A stretch of DNA of 64,000 nt from Phoronis australis. Its lineage: Eukaryota; Animalia; Phoronida. A program made the translations under genes and the position numbers. The DNA is taken from assembly GCA_002633005.1 (NCBI GenBank), contig NMRA01000033.1, positions 1 through 64,000 of the forward strand, in the 5' to 3' direction. Shown here piece after piece: positions 24,080 to 38,038 of this stretch. Within the stretch, counting starts at the first letter, position 1; each line of letters starts with the position of its first letter. The notes beneath the pieces were generated by a model. The model did not search any database. It was not told where the DNA came from and saw only the letters and a list, made by a program, of their open reading frames with translations.

Positions 24080-25500
24080 AGCTCTCTGTAGCTAAGGAGT
24101 ACTGCTCACTATCATAAATTATCATAAATGGTCATCTTTTCCAACCCTCATCCCTCCCTTTCCGTCATGACGCTCTCTTACAGCTGTACGGCTCGTTCGG
24201 CAAGTCGGTTACTACTGTTCCATTCTGCGGTGAACAACTTGAATTATTGCGAGAGATACTGACTGCCACTGTCAGTAATTAACCGTTGAGGTACACCAAG
24301 TCTGGTGAAGTGCTTCTTCACCTTTAGAATAACATTGTTGTAAGATGTTTCGTTCAGACTGCCAATTCCATAGCAGCCAGAATAGGAGTCGACGCATTGT
24401 TCGCTATGCCATTCGAATATGTCGGTTGCAATGATACACTAGGAAGTCTTTGGAATTGGATACAATTTGAGAGGTTTCTATTGCTGGTATTTAACTGTGC
24501 TCTTGCATGTCTCACATCTTACATATTCCGTGGTCTGTTGAGACATCTATTGGCAGAATTTTTTTTTCTGTGGGTCGTCGCTTCAGTTTCGAAGTGTCCA
24601 GAATTTACCCGTTTTATGTATTCTGGTCGGAAAGCCTCTGGCACATAGATTCGGTTTCCTTTCAGAATGATACCACCAAACCATCGAATTCAGCAAATTC
24701 GCCTATTATGGCATACAATTCTCGAAGTTCTCTGTTGAGGTTTTGGTTGAGGGTGATGTCTCAAGGACGAACTTCCTAATTTGTTGATGTGTGCCGTTCT
24801 GGGCTCGAATAGCAGTTATTGCTGCGCTGAAGATTTTCGACATAGTGCTGCCTGTCATTGGTGGATAAACACGAGATAAAATAATCAACTACATGAGGTT
24901 CCCTGCCTTTCTGGTAAATAAGGTTGAAGTCAAAGGATCGAACGTACCATAAGGAGCCGTTTTAGTCCTTCAGGGGCACAGGCAAGTGGTTTCCATACTA
25001 CCGAGAACAAGGGCTAGCGATATGTTTCAATAGTGATGCGTTGAACTTCTGGCACGCACAGACTACAGTTAGCAACTCCTTTTCAATGTATGAATAACGA
25101 TAGGCAAAAGCGACTGCTTTGCGTTCTTGCAGACGTGCTGCTGCCTGATGCATCACAAGTGAGCTTCACTTCCTTTTCTCTCTCCAAGTATGTCATTGTA
25201 GATGATTGGCTTACGGGTCTTTTTTGATCTTCTCAAATGAATTTATCTGAGCAGTGTCCCAGATTCAAGCAGAGTATTTCTTCAGGGGGAGCACGTAGTT
25301 TACTGAAATTTGGTATGAACTTATTGAGAAATTTCACCATATCCACAAATCGAAGACCGTCGCCCTTGTTTTGCAGTTGCGGCATATTCCGAATAGCTTC
25401 GACTTCGACGGGATCGAGGAAACTAAATAAAACTCTCATTGATAAATGTCGATCACATTCAGAAAACGACTTTATGTGTGTTTTCAGGGAAGCCACTTGT
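24080..25500 (-). mobile_element. Ty3/Gypsy pol relic (RT end, RNase H, integrase)
   Basis: Frame-disrupted motifs LRFVDMVKFLNKFIPNFSKLRAP, DAS, AVAFA, YIEKELL, VDSYS, GVPQRLITD and LAERAVQ. Confidence 0.8.
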
Positions 25501-26559
25501 GATTGGTGTGATCATTTGTTTAATTTGGTCATTGGAAAGCTTCATTACACTTGAATTATGTTAAAATCCCTAAGCCCGTGTTATAATTCAACTCTGTTGT
25601 GTTAAAAAAGAACGATGTCTATATTCTCGACTCTGACTAAGTCATAAGCCATGACGGTCACATTCGATTCACGTGATTCAGTAGGATTCACATTGGGATT
25701 TGTCAGTAAACCTGTTTTCAATGCATTCTCAAGTTGTTATTTGGTCTCATGACTTCTGTGTACACGTACCTCAAACAATCATTTGTTGCCATGCTAAAAA
25801 TTTGCTGATGACACCTCACCTCACGCTATTTGTATGCATATTTGGCTCCATGTACGACGAGGCTGAAAAAAGCTTTTGCTTTCACAACACCAAAATCTAG
25901 AATTAGCTGAGAAAACAACATACATTTTCTGAAGATTCAAGAAAGAGTTTACTCTCTGTAGTAGTGTGGAAAAATTGAGTACTTATACCAATTGCAAAAT
26001 TTCCCCGTACGCGGGAAATGTTTTCTAGGAATATCAGGCTTTTTAAAAACGTTAATAACTTCGTTTATTCGCAGTTTTGAGCTACGTAACCCAAAAACAG
26101 GGATCAGGGAGTTTTTTGAAACATTTATTCAATCTTACTCACGGACAATATATACAAGCTGTAAAATTGACCTAGCGTGATTACGAACAATAAATTGATA
26201 CTAGTTATGAATCGTAATCTATTTTGCCCGGGGTACGCCACGAGCTATGTTGCAGAGTAAATAAAAAGGAGGATTGCGAATAATGTCATTTATTATGACG
26301 TAAATCGATAGAAGACTTTGGAAGATGGGCATGGACAAAACGCCATAATGGCAACATGGGAATGCTGACATCGCCCATCCGAGGAAGTGTCACTCACATT
26401 CACCCTCGGCCACATAATATTTCAGTCTTCTGCAAAGACAAAAATCAAAGAACTATAGGGGTGCATCGAGTGTTGGCAACTTGCAATTGGCAATTTTTTG
26501 GAAAAATATTCTCAATTTTTCATTTAAATATTTCTGTTTTTGGAAATTGAAACATTGCA

Positions 26560-27000
26560 AGCATTTGAGTAATACTTTCCTACACTGTATAGTTGTTATT
26601 AAGTTCAAATTTTTTTATAATGTCCTTAATAACATTAAGTTTAAGACAACTTAACTTTTTGAATAATCCAATGAAATGAGGACCAAACAGACTGCACACA
26701 AGATCCTTTACCGACACCCACGTAATTGGAAATGAAATTGTGGTGGATCACGGGGAGCCGAGATGCCGTACTGAGCAGACAAATCCACCTAATAAAACCA
26801 TTTACAGAATTGGAAAATATACCAAATCAAATGCCTTCGCAAAATCTATCACCACTATTAGTTCACGAACATTGCGTGTTCACTATATTGCATAAGATCA
26901 TAAATGTTACCAGTATTGTCCTCAAAATGTCAGCTCTCAAGAAATCCTTTTTGAGTTCCATGTAAGGGGGGATCAATTTTCAGTGCTAGGCGCTGAGCAA
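26560..27000 (-). mobile_element. Decayed non-LTR reverse transcriptase fragment
   Basis: IVVIDFAKAFDLV at ~26822-26860 followed by GVGKGS (GVPQGS-like). Confidence 0.55.
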
Positions 27001-27859
27001 GACATCCAGATAAAATTTTGTAGCTGTTGTTGACGAGTGAAATAAGGCGCCAGTCGATGATATATTCTCCACATTTTTCACCTTTTGGTAAGAGCTATAT
27101 TTGGCTAAGCTTCATTAACAAAGCTATTATTAAATGAAGGAATCAGAAATGAAGAAAAACTTACAAAACTCGACTGAGCAGCCGTTGGGACCAGGTGATT
27201 TGTCATTTTTCATATGTTTTATTACAGCTAAACCTTCCGTAACAGATAGTGGTCCGTCGACTTTAAAACTATTTAGATCACTAAGTTTTCGTCTTTCATT
27301 TTTATTAACAACAGTTTCCGAGTCTAAAATGTCATCTGTACTTGAATTAAAAACTTTGAAAAACTGCTAATATATGAAAGAAATACCTTCAGATTGTAAA
27401 CTCATTCTCGTTGTGGACTAATTTAGTAATGTTTTTGTTGACGAAGTTCCCTTTTTTCCAAAATTACTGAACTGTTTTGTCGGATTTTCCATGTAAACAT
27501 TTTTGTTTGGATTATTCCGACTCCACGTGTCCGCAAGATTAATTTGTGAAACAATATTTAAAATTTCTTACCTCGCTTGAGGGTTGTTGACGCGTACGTA
27601 CCCGAGGCAGCCTTTGTTATAATCTTGGAATAGATTACAGTCGCCGCTCTGTCAAGTCCCGACATTATTAGAAAATGTCATTAAGAGGAGCTCATATTAA
27701 AGATGAAATGATAGAAAAGTATTGCATCTATGAGTGCATAAAGACACAAATAGAGTTTGGGACCTTATTCTTTGGCCATCGTCAGGTGTTCCTGCGTTCT
27801 TAGAAAAACGAGCAAGGATATGTGGTACACTCATCATGGTGTGATTTTTTATTATATAT

Positions 27860-27932
27860 TGTCCGAGGAAGGATTTGAACCCACGACTTCAGAAACTATA
27901 GGCATTTTGAGTCCAGCACCACGGAGTCATCT
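27860..27932 (-). pseudogene. tRNA-Leu-like pseudogene or tRNA-derived SINE head
   Basis: Reverse complement ...gtggtgctggactcaaaatg...gtcgtgggttcaaatccttcctcggaca has a B-box (GGTTCAAATCC) and a Leu-like anticodon arm and 3' end. The D-arm and 5' acceptor stem are incomplete. Confidence 0.5.
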
Positions 27933-27959
27933 ATTCAATTTAATTATACTTAAACCTTC

Positions 27960-29135
27960 CTAAGTAAACTGAGCCAGGTGTCACTTGACTGTTTGCTTTT
28001 CTGACTGAAGACATTGCCTTGTACTTTCATGTACATTACTTTTGTCTTGGTCCAACCTGTTTCACTGTCTAGTATTCGGATGTTATTCCAGTGGATATTG
28101 TGTTGTTTCGTCCACATGTGTTCCGCTACTCCTGATGAGGTATTATCTTCTCTATAACACCTCTTATGTTCTCATCTCCAGTGGTCTTAACGTTTCACCG
28201 ATATATAATTCAACACGTTCACATGGGATTTCATAGATGACATTTTTCTTTTTCCCATGTCAGTTCTTGGTTTGAATTTTGTCAGTGGCCGACCTAGTGG
28301 GTCTGAGCTGCGGTATACTGCTCTTACTTTAAATTCTTTGCATATGCGTCCTAGCTTCTCGGTTATTCCGAGTATATTTGGCAAGCACATAGTCTGCAGT
28401 GGGCGTTCTTCTGTCACTTTTTCTTTTCTCTGCGATGTTAAAGCCGACTCGATGAAATCTCTTGGGTAGCCATTTCTTTCGAATGTGTCCGTCAGGTTGG
28501 TCATTTCTGCTTGGAGTGCTGTAGCACTGCAGATTTCTTTTGATCTTGATGCAAGGCATTTGATTACACCCTTCTTGACTCCTTTGGTGTGTCGAGGTAT
28601 CGTCCTATGTGGGTCTTTTTATAGAAGACCGGCGCAGGAAACTGTCCTTCAACACGAGTCACTAGTACGCCTAGGAATGTTGTTTGTCTCTTCTTCCATT
28701 GTGAATCTAATTGTAGGCGCTACGCTGATCAGATGGTCAAGGAACTGTGATGGATTTTATGAGTCTTGGCTGAATATTGTGAACGTGTCATCAACGTATC
28801 GTTTCCACATCTTTGGGGGTCTGTTAGCTGTGCTGAGAGCTGTTTGTTTGAAACACTCCATGTATAAGGTAGCCAAGACTGGTGATAGTGGTGAAGCCAG
28901 TGCTATTCTTTGTGTCTGCTCGGAGAACTTGTGTTGGTACTGGAAGTAGGTGGTATTGACACAGAATGTCACTAATTCCACAATAGAACCTATTGGGAGG
29001 TTTGCGTCCCCTGATGGCTTGTGGTCACGTTCTAATTTTAAGCTGAGTAATGGGAGAACCTCTGATTTTAGTACACTTGCGGATAGGTTTTCGACATCAA
29101 AGTTCACTATGGTGTCATTTGGTGTAATGCTGACA
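27960..29135 (-). mobile_element. Penelope-like retroelement relic (RT C-terminal half plus GIY-YIG endonuclease)
   Basis: NFDVENL, ALASPLSPVLATLYME, WKRYVDDTF, FERNGYPRDFI, CLPNILGITEKLGRI and VIYEIPC...YIGET. Confidence 0.88.
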
Positions 29136-29790
29136 ACACAAAGCTACCAGCTGCTGATACGGAAACCATACGTGTTAAATGTAGAGAAACACTTACCAAA
29201 GCCAAAATGCCAAGAGAACATCATTATGCTACAAGCTGACAACTGAAAACTGTAAAAGGCACATTACCACGTGACACACTCCAGAGAATCAACCCAAACA
29301 AAACAAAAGCCCCGCAAATGTATGGTAAACCTAAGTTACACAAACCTGATATGCCAATGAGACAAATTATAAGCAAAATTGGTTCTCCATGCCACCAATT
29401 AGCTAGATTCCTCGACAAATGACTCCTACGAAAAGGACTCGAAGCACTTTGTGTCAATGTTGTCATTAGTCAGCATTACTTCAAATGACACCATGGTGAG
29501 CTTTGATGTCGAAAGCCTATTCACAAGTGTACCAACATCAGAGGTTCTCCCATTACTCAGGTTAAAATTAGAACATACCCACAAGCCATCAGAGGATGCA
29601 AACTTCCCAATAGGCTACATTCTGGAATTAGTGACATTCTGTGTCAATACCACCTACTTCCAGTACGAAGACAAGTTCTACGAGCAGACACAAGGAATGG
29701 CAATGGGTTCACCACTATCACCAATCTTAGCATATCTTAGCTTACTTGTACATGGAGTGGTTCGAACAAATAGCTCTCAGCTCAGAAACT
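29136..29790 (+). mobile_element. Penelope-like RT fragment in the opposite orientation, abutting the previous copy
   Basis: PQMYGKPKLHKPDMPMRQIIS, MVSFDVESLFTSVP and FYEQTQGMAMGSPLSPILA. 29455-29780 is an inverted homolog of 28830-29140. Confidence 0.88.
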
Positions 29791-31112
29791 CTGTGATGAC
29801 TACAGTGCTTTTCCTTCACGCGTATTTCAAACATCGTGAATTTTGTTATTTATTCTGGAAATTTCCCCCAAGGGGAAAGTGAATAACCCTGTAGCAGACG
29901 TTCCGAGATGGCACTTTCATCAGGGATTGTTTAAAAGATCTTTTTGACGAGCTTTCGCTTTCCATGCCACATTAAGGAGCTTTAAGGATACAGAGGAAAA
30001 TGTAGAAATAACAAAATTGCCACTAGACGACAGTCGGATCGCTTTAGAACTCGTATAAAATGCTGTCAGCTTCATAAGAATACATCTTACAAATCACATT
30101 AATACCGTACAAGGGGATTAGGATATTTACGACGTACGCCAGACGCCTGGTAGCCCCTGCAGAGATGACGACCATATGCGCCCACATATACTTTCCAATT
30201 TTGCACAATTTTCTGATCATATCGACAGGATTTAAAGATAAATATCAAGGTGTTTACTAATTTGCACAATTTTAAACTTCAGAAACACAAAATGAACCGT
30301 TGTTAAAAGGGAAACGCCCTTTTTTGGGACCAAAAACGCATTTTGGGATTACGGTTGGGTGGGATTGACTTCTTAAAGCTATTAATTTTGGCCAGAACAG
30401 TCAAGTCCGATATGTTTTCGTGAATCAATTACAGCAAGCCAATTCTCACTGTTGCCTGGCAGGCACTCACTGGCATCATGGTCCGGATGATAAGGGTAAT
30501 TCTACGTTCCATACCGCGCTAAGGCTGATCATAGATAATAATTTTTCTCTTCAATAATGTAACTTTGTCTCTGTGAGATTTTCTAAAAATGGCGCCAGTT
30601 TGTACGGCGGTGGGGAACGACATGCTGGGTTTCATATTTAATTACTTCACAAACTCTAGACGAAAATGAATTGGTACTTTTGTAGCACGTCGTCTTCTCT
30701 AAGGTCTACTTAATTATCATTTTCACGGATAATGGGATACTTCATTATTTCTGTTCAGATCGGGTAGCGGCAATTCCAAACTAATAACTTGTCCAACCGT
30801 GAAATAAGACACGACTATATCGAACCAAATAAAAGAAATGTAGCCGCAGTAATTATATCCCGGTGCATAATATAACTTAGTCATCTCGTAAGCATTTTAC
30901 TTCTCTTGATATCATAACAAAAAGCAATGTCAGCTGCCAAATATAGAGCATTCTCATAAAAAAAACGTCTCTGTGAAATCTCATTATACTGAGGGGATGT
31001 TGTTGGTGATAAAACTAATTCGGCAGATATTAGCAGTAGCGCGTAATGAAAATTATTAGATTCACAATAGATTAATTCGCTCCAAACGAGGCTCACTACG
31101 ATAGCTCCGTTA

Positions 31113-31268
31113 ATGGCTTATCGGCGTAGTTGTGTTCCGCGTTGCTCGAAAGGCAATAGAAAAAATACGGACACTCAGCTGTCTTTTTTTACAATCCCTA
31201 AGGACGTTGAGATTCGGAAGCGTTGGGTCGTCGCTATACGCTGCGACGAAGGAAAATATTTTGTGTAA
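31113..31268 (+). pseudogene. Truncated THAP domain (transposon-derived)
   Basis: MAYRRSCVPRCSKGNRKNTDTQLSFFTIPKDVEIRKRWVVAIRCDEGKYFV*, below the ORF-track length cutoff. Confidence 0.65.
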
Positions 31269-32059
31269 AATTTATAAATGTTCTCTAAACTTTTGACCAC
31301 ATTTTGTCGCATCTCGATTGCCGAGCATCATAGCAACGACCGGTGAAGTCTTCGACCAGCCACGTGTTTTCATGACTGCGGGTTGACACATGATGCATTT
31401 TTTTTCTTTCCAAAAAGGACAGGGTCATCAATCCCTCGACTTAAGGGCCGAATATCGGCCCTATTTCTCTCTCAAAAATATTGAAAAACCACGCAAAATT
31501 CCCCCCACGAGGCCTAAATTTCCCCCAAAAGGGATTGAAAATTTCCCCCAAAGTTCACATCACCTGTAACCACACAGGTAACAATTTGAAAGAGCACAAA
31601 ATGCTGCTTGAAACAGAGCCCATGAGAGCATGCAACAGGGCGGGGGTACTATTGATGGTGATCGGGAGGTAGATTTTCCCCCTCACTCAGCGAAAAAATT
31701 TCCCTCTAGTAAGGCACAGAGACCTTTTCCTTTGAACGAGTCCACTGAAGAAACATTTTTTCAATACGTCTATTTACCCAGAAAGCATATCGTTAGTGAT
31801 GAGTAGATACGGCTTAGGGTGGGTTGCCCCAACTACATATCTTTACAACATACTAGAGGACAATACCTCATACAAGTAGAACAAAGAAGTATCTGGAAAA
31901 TAACTTCTAGTGATTGGGCGGATAATTAACCGAGGGGGAGGGAAACGGGAAGGGGGAGGACTTTCATACACTCATTCACGCTCACATTCACACGGTTTAA
32001 TATTAACTTATGTTTACATCTACGTAGGTGCATATTTATGAAAAGGTCGGTTTTCTTAT

Positions 32060-34155
32060 ATTATAATACAACAGAAGTGGTAAAAGATAACATCATATAT
32101 TTTTTTAATCATTTTAAAGAGATGTCTGCGAAACCCTCCACTGTTCTGAAGTTTATTGACTTCGCGAATTCTTTTTTGGTGATACCTAGTTGACACCACA
32201 TGGATGAGTTTCGATCAACCAAAAATTTTCGTAATGAGGATTCTGCCTTTTAGGGACAAATTTCATGTTTCCCAAATATTAAACATGTCAACGTCTTCCC
32301 CTTTTCCGTCAGAGTATGTTCCTAGACTTTTAATGAGCTTTTGGTGCCAGCTGATTCCGTAAAGTGGATTACGATTTCGGTGCATTGTTGAGGCAAACCT
32401 CTCTTGGCATTTTTCATAATTCGAGTGGAGTCCAGAGATAATGTTCCAAAATAATGTAAAAATCTAAAACAGTTATTGCCAAATTCTACGTCTTTAATGA
32501 AAAGAACTGTATCGTCTGCATACTGTGCAATTTTAATTTCGTGATTGGGTATTGTGAAGCCTCTAATTAATTCATTGTTTCTGATATGATGTAACACCAT
32601 TTCTGCACACAGGACGAACAACAGACTCGATGATAGTGGATCTCATTGTCGAAGGCCTTTCTCTAAAAATATTGTTATGTTAATCTGTTGTTCAACACAC
32701 ATGACGAAATTCCAAAATACAATGTACGGATTCTATTGATAAAAAACGTTATCCAAAATTAAAAGCTTTTAAGGATTGAAATAAAAACTCCCACTTTACA
32801 GTATCGTACGCTTTGTTGAAATCGAGGAAGGGATGTATGATCTGGATGAATCAAATTGTTAATGTATTTATATATTTTGTTTGCGATTCTTTTAGTTATT
32901 AATTTATAGTCACAGTTCAAAAAAGAGATAGGTCTCTAAAGATAGTACGTAATTCCTCGGACTATTTACTTCTTGGGATTAAAGTGATTATGCCTTGTTT
33001 TTGAGAATTGGGCATGTAACCGTTTCCAAAGCTGTATGGGACGCTCGCCAATAAATCGTGTTTAATTATCTTCCAAAAGATTTTATAAAATTCATAGCTG
33101 ATGCCATCATTACCAAGCGTCTTATTAGGTTTTGTCTCGAACAGAGATTCATACAATTCCTCTTCTGTTAGATATTTCTAACTCGTCAGAATCTGTAGGA
33201 GCTTTTTGTGTATTAAAAAGGTTGTTTGGATATGTCCTTTCTCCACTGCATTCTTCTTTATAGGAGTAAAGTTCTTTGTAATACTTCACTTGCATATTCC
33301 GTATGCTTGCTACATCATGTATAATTTTAACACCATCTTTAAGGGCGTTAATATGTTTTTGCTTGCTGTGGCGCAACTCTAGGTTTTTAAAGTTTTCTCC
33401 ATTCTTGCCTTGTTCTGCCATAGCGCTTTTCTGCGCAGAATCGAGCCCTTAAATTTTTGGGTCAGGATAATTTTCAAATCAATTGTGGCTTTTTGTAAAA
33501 CTTTTTTCAATTTCTCTGAAGGGTCGTTTTCCACCTTGGATGTCAAAGCGCTAATTTTTCTATTAAAACAATTTTATCAGAGCTTGGTTTCTTTGCAACC
33601 TCTTCTGTAAAGGAGATTGAATTTGTCCTTATTTCTTTAATTCCCAAACTAAATTTTTGTCTTCAATATGTCGGTAATGACTACTAAAAAACTCGACACA
33701 TTTAGTTATTTTGTTTATCCAATTAGTATCCTTTAAATTGCTAGTGTTACATTTCTAAAGACCATTACCTGTATTCGCATTTTCGGTTATTCCAAATTGT
33801 AAAGTAATGGCAGAGTGGTCTGAAAATACAGTCGTTAATAATGGCAACGTCTTTAACAGCTACTTCTCTGGAAACTAGCCACATGTCAATTCTACTTTGG
33901 TATGAAATATTCTTATGCCTCCAAGTGTACTTTCTCACACCTGGGTTATTTTCACGCCATATGTCATAAAACTTGAAATTTGATTTAAAAAGTTGATGTT
34001 CTGTATTACCGGACTTTTCGTGGAGTCCATTAGTTTTCCTTTCTTGTCTATGTCCGTGGCAGCGCAGCTAAAATCACCAGCACAAAGAATACTTTGGTTG
34101 CTTACAAAATTATGGAGTTCTAAAAAATAAAAGATAGTTTTAATAACATCAATCA
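32060..34155 (-). mobile_element. Tx1/L1-clade LINE ORF2 relic (APE + RT)
   Basis: ILCAGDFS, YTWRH...QSRIDMWLVS, FSDHSAI, KTLGNDGISYEFYKIFW, QKQGIITLIP, LDFNKAYDTVKWEFL and IAQYADDTVLF, with frameshifts. Confidence 0.9.
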
Positions 34156-36099
34156 TTCTTGCAGATCAATGACAAATCAACTGTTAGCCCTGGTATTCCC
34201 TACCTCACTACCAGAACCTAGACTATGTTTGATGTTAATACATTGTAATATTGATGCTATTTTGGTACCGCTGTTTAAACAGGGAATGTCAACTACTCTA
34301 ATGATGATAGATGATTGTCCCTTCTGTAGGTGACCGGAAAAGTCTTGTTAAAATTTCAAATGTGCGCCTTTCTGATTGGGCTGTGGAGAAAAATAAATTG
34401 TAAGAATGCCAAGCAGGGTTTCCGAAAGGAATGTAGCACTGTCAACCAAATGATTACATTTAGTCTAGTTGCCAAAAAGTTGCCCCTGTAATGTTGTTTA
34501 CTGTAAAGTTTTCTTTTGGAAGTTTGTTATATGTGGTTAGGAGAAATTAACTTGAGCATTTTTTATAATTCAAGATGGCGGCTTCCGCCTAATTTCCACA
34601 CTCTGAACATGATGCTGTGTAGGATCTTGGAATTCATGGTTTCCAATGTTTTTTGGGATGGAGAGTCCATTTCTGATATTATTTTATGGATTCAATGTCA
34701 AAGTCAAGGTCAAATGAGAGGTCAGAGGTCACGTTGAACTGAAACAAGGAAAATTCATCTCTTTTGCGCGACGAAATGGAAGTTTATGGGAAATGTGAAA
34801 TAATCATTTCTGTGATTCCATTATATCAACAATAAGGGATAGCTAAATACTGGAATAAGATATCCCCCCAATATCTCAATAATTAGTTTAAAAAATTGTT
34901 ATACCAAACCTACCCATGACGCTCAGGAAGGCCCATCGCACTGATCACCTTGGACCATCTTTATGCTTTATTAGTTGAAAGAGAGCTAAGGAATCTAGGG
35001 ACTTGACTCAAGCGACCAGCAGTGTGTCCCGTGTAACTCGAAAACACAACCTTGAGTAGAGGAAGGACACTATGCCACACTGCCTCCTCATGAGTGAATA
35101 GGGGTATGTGTTTAGATTGCGAGTAATCCGTGCAGGGTACGTATACGTAGACTGGGATGGGCACTATTATTAATCCATGGAAAACTAATAAACTATGACT
35201 TCTAGAACTATAAAATAATGTAAATTCCCCGACTTTGCGGAGCCGCCTGGCTTCTTCTAGACGGGAATTGGTGACTCACTGATTCTCGAGAAAATTTGCG
35301 TCGGTGTTCATAGAGAACAGCTTCAAGGCAATGGACCACGAGCCACTGACTGCGATAAGTTCAACTTGACACCTCCTTGTTTACTCAGAGGGGGGTTATT
35401 AGAGTCTCTACCAGCTCTTTCAAACCAAGAACTAGTCTCTGTCCAGTATCCTCACGTCTTGTGACCTCTCATGTTGGCGGCACTTGTTCAGGTCAAATCT
35501 CTGAAATGTTCCATTATGTCCAAAATACTACTATTCCACTTCTCCATTTGAGTCTTGGCGTCTACTGGCATATTTGGCGTCCCATAATTCAAGAGCTTGG
35601 GGACGTCAGTGTTGCCACAAGTGTTTCTGATGGTGCGGGTGCCTTCTTCCACAACTTTCAGCATTTACTTATACAACTTCTGCTTCAGCATGTGTAATTA
35701 CACAGTGTCACTTCTTGACCCGCTCGATGTTGAATAGGAGGGAATAGCTTCATAAACATAGAAAGTTGTTTGATATGGCGTTATTCAGAACATTGTAGCG
35801 GCAAAAGGGGTGTTTGGGAACAGGGGTTAGCATGACTTCCTCAAAATTTGCTCACATTATCGTCTCATGGTTCTTTGTGTAGGAATCTCTGTGGTCAAGT
35901 TTTTCAAACCTAATAATTGTTTCACAAGATGGAGGATAGGGGGCTAGTAGAGTGACGAGGTTAAATCTCCTGTAGTTCTGGAAACACTCCAAGCAACCTG
36001 CTAGAAAAGCTGGACAACAGCAACCAACACCACCTCTGCAGCAGAATGATTTGGGACATAATGCAAAGAGATATGACCAAAATGGCATTTTCATCCTTC

Positions 36100-36460
36100 T
36101 TCAGACTGCTAAAAAGATATATGGAATATCACGCAACAGATAGGATTCCATTTCAAAATCAATTTTAAATGAGAAATATGTATTAAATTTTGAGCTATTC
36201 TCCACAGCAAAGCTCCAGTCTTGTAAAAAACAATCTTTAATTTGCTGCTCAAAAAGGACAAGAAACGATGCTTCGCAGCCAACTCCCTGATTGTACCATA
36301 CCAAACCAAAACCTTACCTTTGCAGCAAATTCCTAACAGATGAAGCCCAATTTTTCCTACCAGCCTCATCCAATGTGACAAGCTTGTCATAGACAGATTT
36401 TGGATTTCGATGTGCTGGCATTTTTAACAATTTAAACCAATACTTGATCAGTTTAACAAA
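36100..36460 (-). mobile_element. LINE 3'-region fragment inserted inside the Academ element
   Basis: IKYWFKLLKMPAHR and VWYNQGVG...QQIKDCFLQDW...SSKFNTY; homologous to the plus-strand LINE region at 40650-40960. Confidence 0.7.
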
Positions 36461-37793
36461 CAGTTTTACATAAGTTGGATACCTTCCAAAAATTGAATGA
36501 AAAATCAGCTATGTTAATGTTATATTGCTGCTTTAGGACAATTGAACAGCGTCTCAACGCCATGGCCTTCCCTCGACAGTACAGGCATTTTGACTTCTTC
36601 TTAATTGCTTTGTAACATTCACTGCTTACCAAAACTAAAAATCTGACTTCCCTGCTCATGCCCAATGACCAGCTCGTTCTGGAATCTACTTGGCGATTGC
36701 AGATGTTATGGAGATATGACTCCTGGTCAGTGAGCGGGTGTCTGTGCTTCTCTGTCTCCTCCACAGTCTTTCTCTAGTCATCCTCGTCCACGTCCACTAC
36801 TCCCTTCTTGTACTTAGTCTTTTCCTGTCACTCCACTACGTGACCTTTGCTCTTCACCACTTTCATTCCACATGATTTATGTTCTCCATAACAGCATCAA
36901 GGTCGGCACACCCACTGAAACTCTTTAACCACATGACCGCTTTATTGCTCGGCTCTCATTAAAATGCCCCTGAACCCTTTACTCGTTTGATATACAGTAT
37001 GCCTGTTCTTCGAATTGGTCGGATGGTACTACAGTCTTGTCATCCAAGCGTTAACAGCTGTGCACAGCTTCGAGTAGAACTTTTTGACATTATTTTACAG
37101 GTGCTCCATACCCTGCAAACTTCAATATAAAGTTCGAAAGAATTCTGTCAAGCGGCAAAACTTGGTATAAACTTCTTTCCAGAAAGGTCTGGCACCTTAG
37201 TTGAACACTTATCGTACGTTTGTTGAACTTTTGTCGTAGTTTAAGTTGACGTTATTGCGCCTAGCCGTTTATTGTTTATGAATGGAGTTACGTGCAAATT
37301 GTGAAAATTAAGACAACGTACATGGAGGCGCTATCGTATTCTCGTCGAAAAGAATTTCCGCGTTGTTTGGATTATTTTGAAAACTGCTACACCAGTGCAG
37401 GTACCGCATACAATTATGGTGACCTGCTACGAAGAAATATGCCAACATCTCCTTGAGACAGGGTTGTTGAAGGACCATCTTTAGGTAAACCACCAGCTCT
37501 TCACAAGACTTGGCCCCATTTGAAGAGACACTGAGTAACAAGATGGCTGTGATGAGATTGTATACCTACAGAGCATCGGTTCTAGCCTTTTCGTTGACTA
37601 TACTGGAGTGTAACAGGTTAATACTCCGATACCCCATGCCACCACTCAAAAAATAGCTACTCCGAAAGTACACTACTCCGGACAATTAAGTGCAATGACT
37701 TATTTCTGCCATTATTACTGTCTTTGTAGTTAACAACTCTTGTATCCCATCTTCTTTTATGTTCGCTTGATCCAGAGAAAATGTATCATATTA

Positions 37794-38038
37794 CATGCGC
37801 GCACCCAAGGGGGGCTCGGGGGCTCAAACGAGCCCCCCATTTGGCGAAGTGGGCAAAAACGTCCACCTCAAAACAACAAAAAGTCCGAGAAAATGAGACA
37901 AACGTCCACTAAAAAGACGCCAATGCACAATTCACAGCCCTGAACGTGATATCCCGTTTTAGTCACATGTTTTTGTTTGTAAAAGGTCCATATTGCCAAA
38001 AATTCCAGCTCCCATATTTTAGACTAGGATGCGCATGT
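37794..38038. mobile_element. MITE family A, inverted copy, flanked by TATTA direct repeats
   Basis: Homologous to 4684-4934; tatta|catgcgc ... gcgcatg|tatta. Confidence 0.7.

Noticed and set aside
27860-27932. Functional tRNA-Leu gene
   Set aside because: The cloverleaf is incomplete (D-arm and acceptor stem disrupted); kept only as a pseudogene or SINE head.
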